From the NCBI GenBank assembly GCA_040954595.2, contig CM082596.2, forward strand, positions 9,003,124 through 9,067,123: a DNA stretch of 64,000 bases, written 5' to 3'. Positions 62,701 to 64,000 of this stretch are shown here, piece by piece. The notes under the pieces were generated by a model. That model ran no database searches, was not told the DNA's origin, and saw only the letters and a list, made by a program, of their open reading frames with translations. The translations under genes were made by a program, and so were the position numbers. This DNA comes from Balanoglossus misakiensis. Its lineage: Eukaryota; Animalia; Hemichordata. Positions within the stretch are counted from its first letter, which is position 1, and each line of letters begins with the position of its first letter.

Positions 62701-64000
62701 ACCCATGTAGCTATTGTATTTTCCACTTTTTGTAAGTGAAGCCTGACTGTCGCCTGTCTTAGGTCACCACTTCATAAGCGGTCTTACCCGTCATTGGCAC
62801 AAACAGTCTCAGGAAGTAAGCTTTCAGCCTACCCATGTAGCTATTGTATTTTCCACTTTTTGTAAGTGAAGCCTGACTGTCGCCTGTCTTAGGTCACCAC
62901 TTCATAAGCAGTCTTACCCGTCATTAGCACAAACAGTCTCAGGAAGTAAGCTTTCAGCCTACCCATGTAGCTATTGTATTTTCCACTTTTTGTAAGTGAA
63001 GCCTGACTGTCGCCTGTCTTAGGTCACCACTTCATAAGCGGTCTTACCCGTCATTGGCACAAACAGTCTCAGGAAGTAAGCTTTCAGCCTACCCATGTAG
63101 CTATTGTATTTTCCACTTTTTGTAAGTGAAGCCTGACTGTCGCCTGTCTTAGGTCACCACTTCATAAGCAGTCTTACCCGTCATTGGCACAAACAGTCTC
63201 AGGAAGTAAGCTTTCAGCCTACCCATGTAGCTATTGTATTTTCCACTTTTTGTAAGTGAAGCCTGACTGTCGCCTGTCTTAGGTCACCTCTTCATAACCG
63301 GTCTTACCCGTCATTGGCACAAACAGTCTCAGGAAGTAAGCTTTCAGCCTACCCATGTAGCTATTGTATTTTCCACTTTTTGTAAGTGAAGCCTGACTGT
63401 CGCCTGTCTTAGGTCACCACTTCATAAGCGGTCTTACCCGTCATTGGCACAAACAGTCTCAGGAAGTAAGCTTTCAGCCTACCCATGTAGCTATTGTATT
63501 TTCCACTTTTTGTAAGTGAAGCCTGACTGTCGCCTGTCTTAGGTCACCACTTCATAAGCGGTCTTACCCGTCATTGGCACAAACAGTCTCAGGAAGTAAG
63601 CTTTCAGCCTACCCATGTAGCTATTGTATTTTCCACTTTTTGTAAGTGAAGCCTGACTGTCGCCTGTCTTAGGTCACCACTTCATAAGCGGTCTTACCCG
63701 TCATTGGCACAAACAGTCTCAGGAAGTAAGCTTTCAGCCTACCCATGTAGCTATTGTATTTTCCACTTTTTGTAAGTGAAGCCTGACTGTCGCCTGTCTT
63801 AGGTCACCACTTCATAAGCGGTCTTACCCGTCATTGGCACAAACAGTCTCAGGAAGTAAGCTTTCAGCCTACCCATGTAGCTATTGTATTTTCCACTTTT
63901 TGTAAGTGAAGCCTGACTGTCGCCTGTCTTAGGTCACCACTTCATAAGCAGTCTTACCCGTCATTAGCACAAACAGTCTCAGGAAGTAAGCTTTCAGCCT
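59791..64000. repeat. 130-bp satellite array, ~32 near-identical copies, continues past the window end
   Basis: Monomer gtcttacccgtcattggcac..ttcataagcg recurs every 130 nt (aggaagtaag at 59821, 59951, ...). Confidence 0.99.

Overview
Repeat-rich genomic DNA from an animal, probably a marine invertebrate (spliceosomal introns, SRCR, C-type lectin and GPCR genes). Host content: one apparently intact 7-exon minus-strand gene for a secreted C-type lectin + F5/8 type C (discoidin) protein (12055-7516, with a GC-AG intron), a 140-bp-period tRNA-Gly(TCC) array, and decayed SRCR and rhodopsin-family GPCR pseudogenes. Most of the rest is mobile DNA: an L2-like LINE RT fragment; a three-level nest of DNA transposons (1945-6361); Helentron-like repeats; a Gypsy LTR element with a 5' deletion and an extra 311-aa ORF; a cluster of IS3EU-like elements forming an ~8-kb palindrome, one copy inserted in another's terminal repeat; and, from ~44.2 kb on, an AcademH-like element (spliced RecQ-type helicase plus convergent DUF6589-like transposase) enclosing a Kolobok-like gene pair (DDE transposase + KolX/P2X7-ballast-like gene). 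The window ends in a 130-bp satellite that appears to derive from an exon/splice-donor segment of the Academ transposase. Superfamily assignments rest on motifs, termini and TSDs read by eye and need database confirmation.
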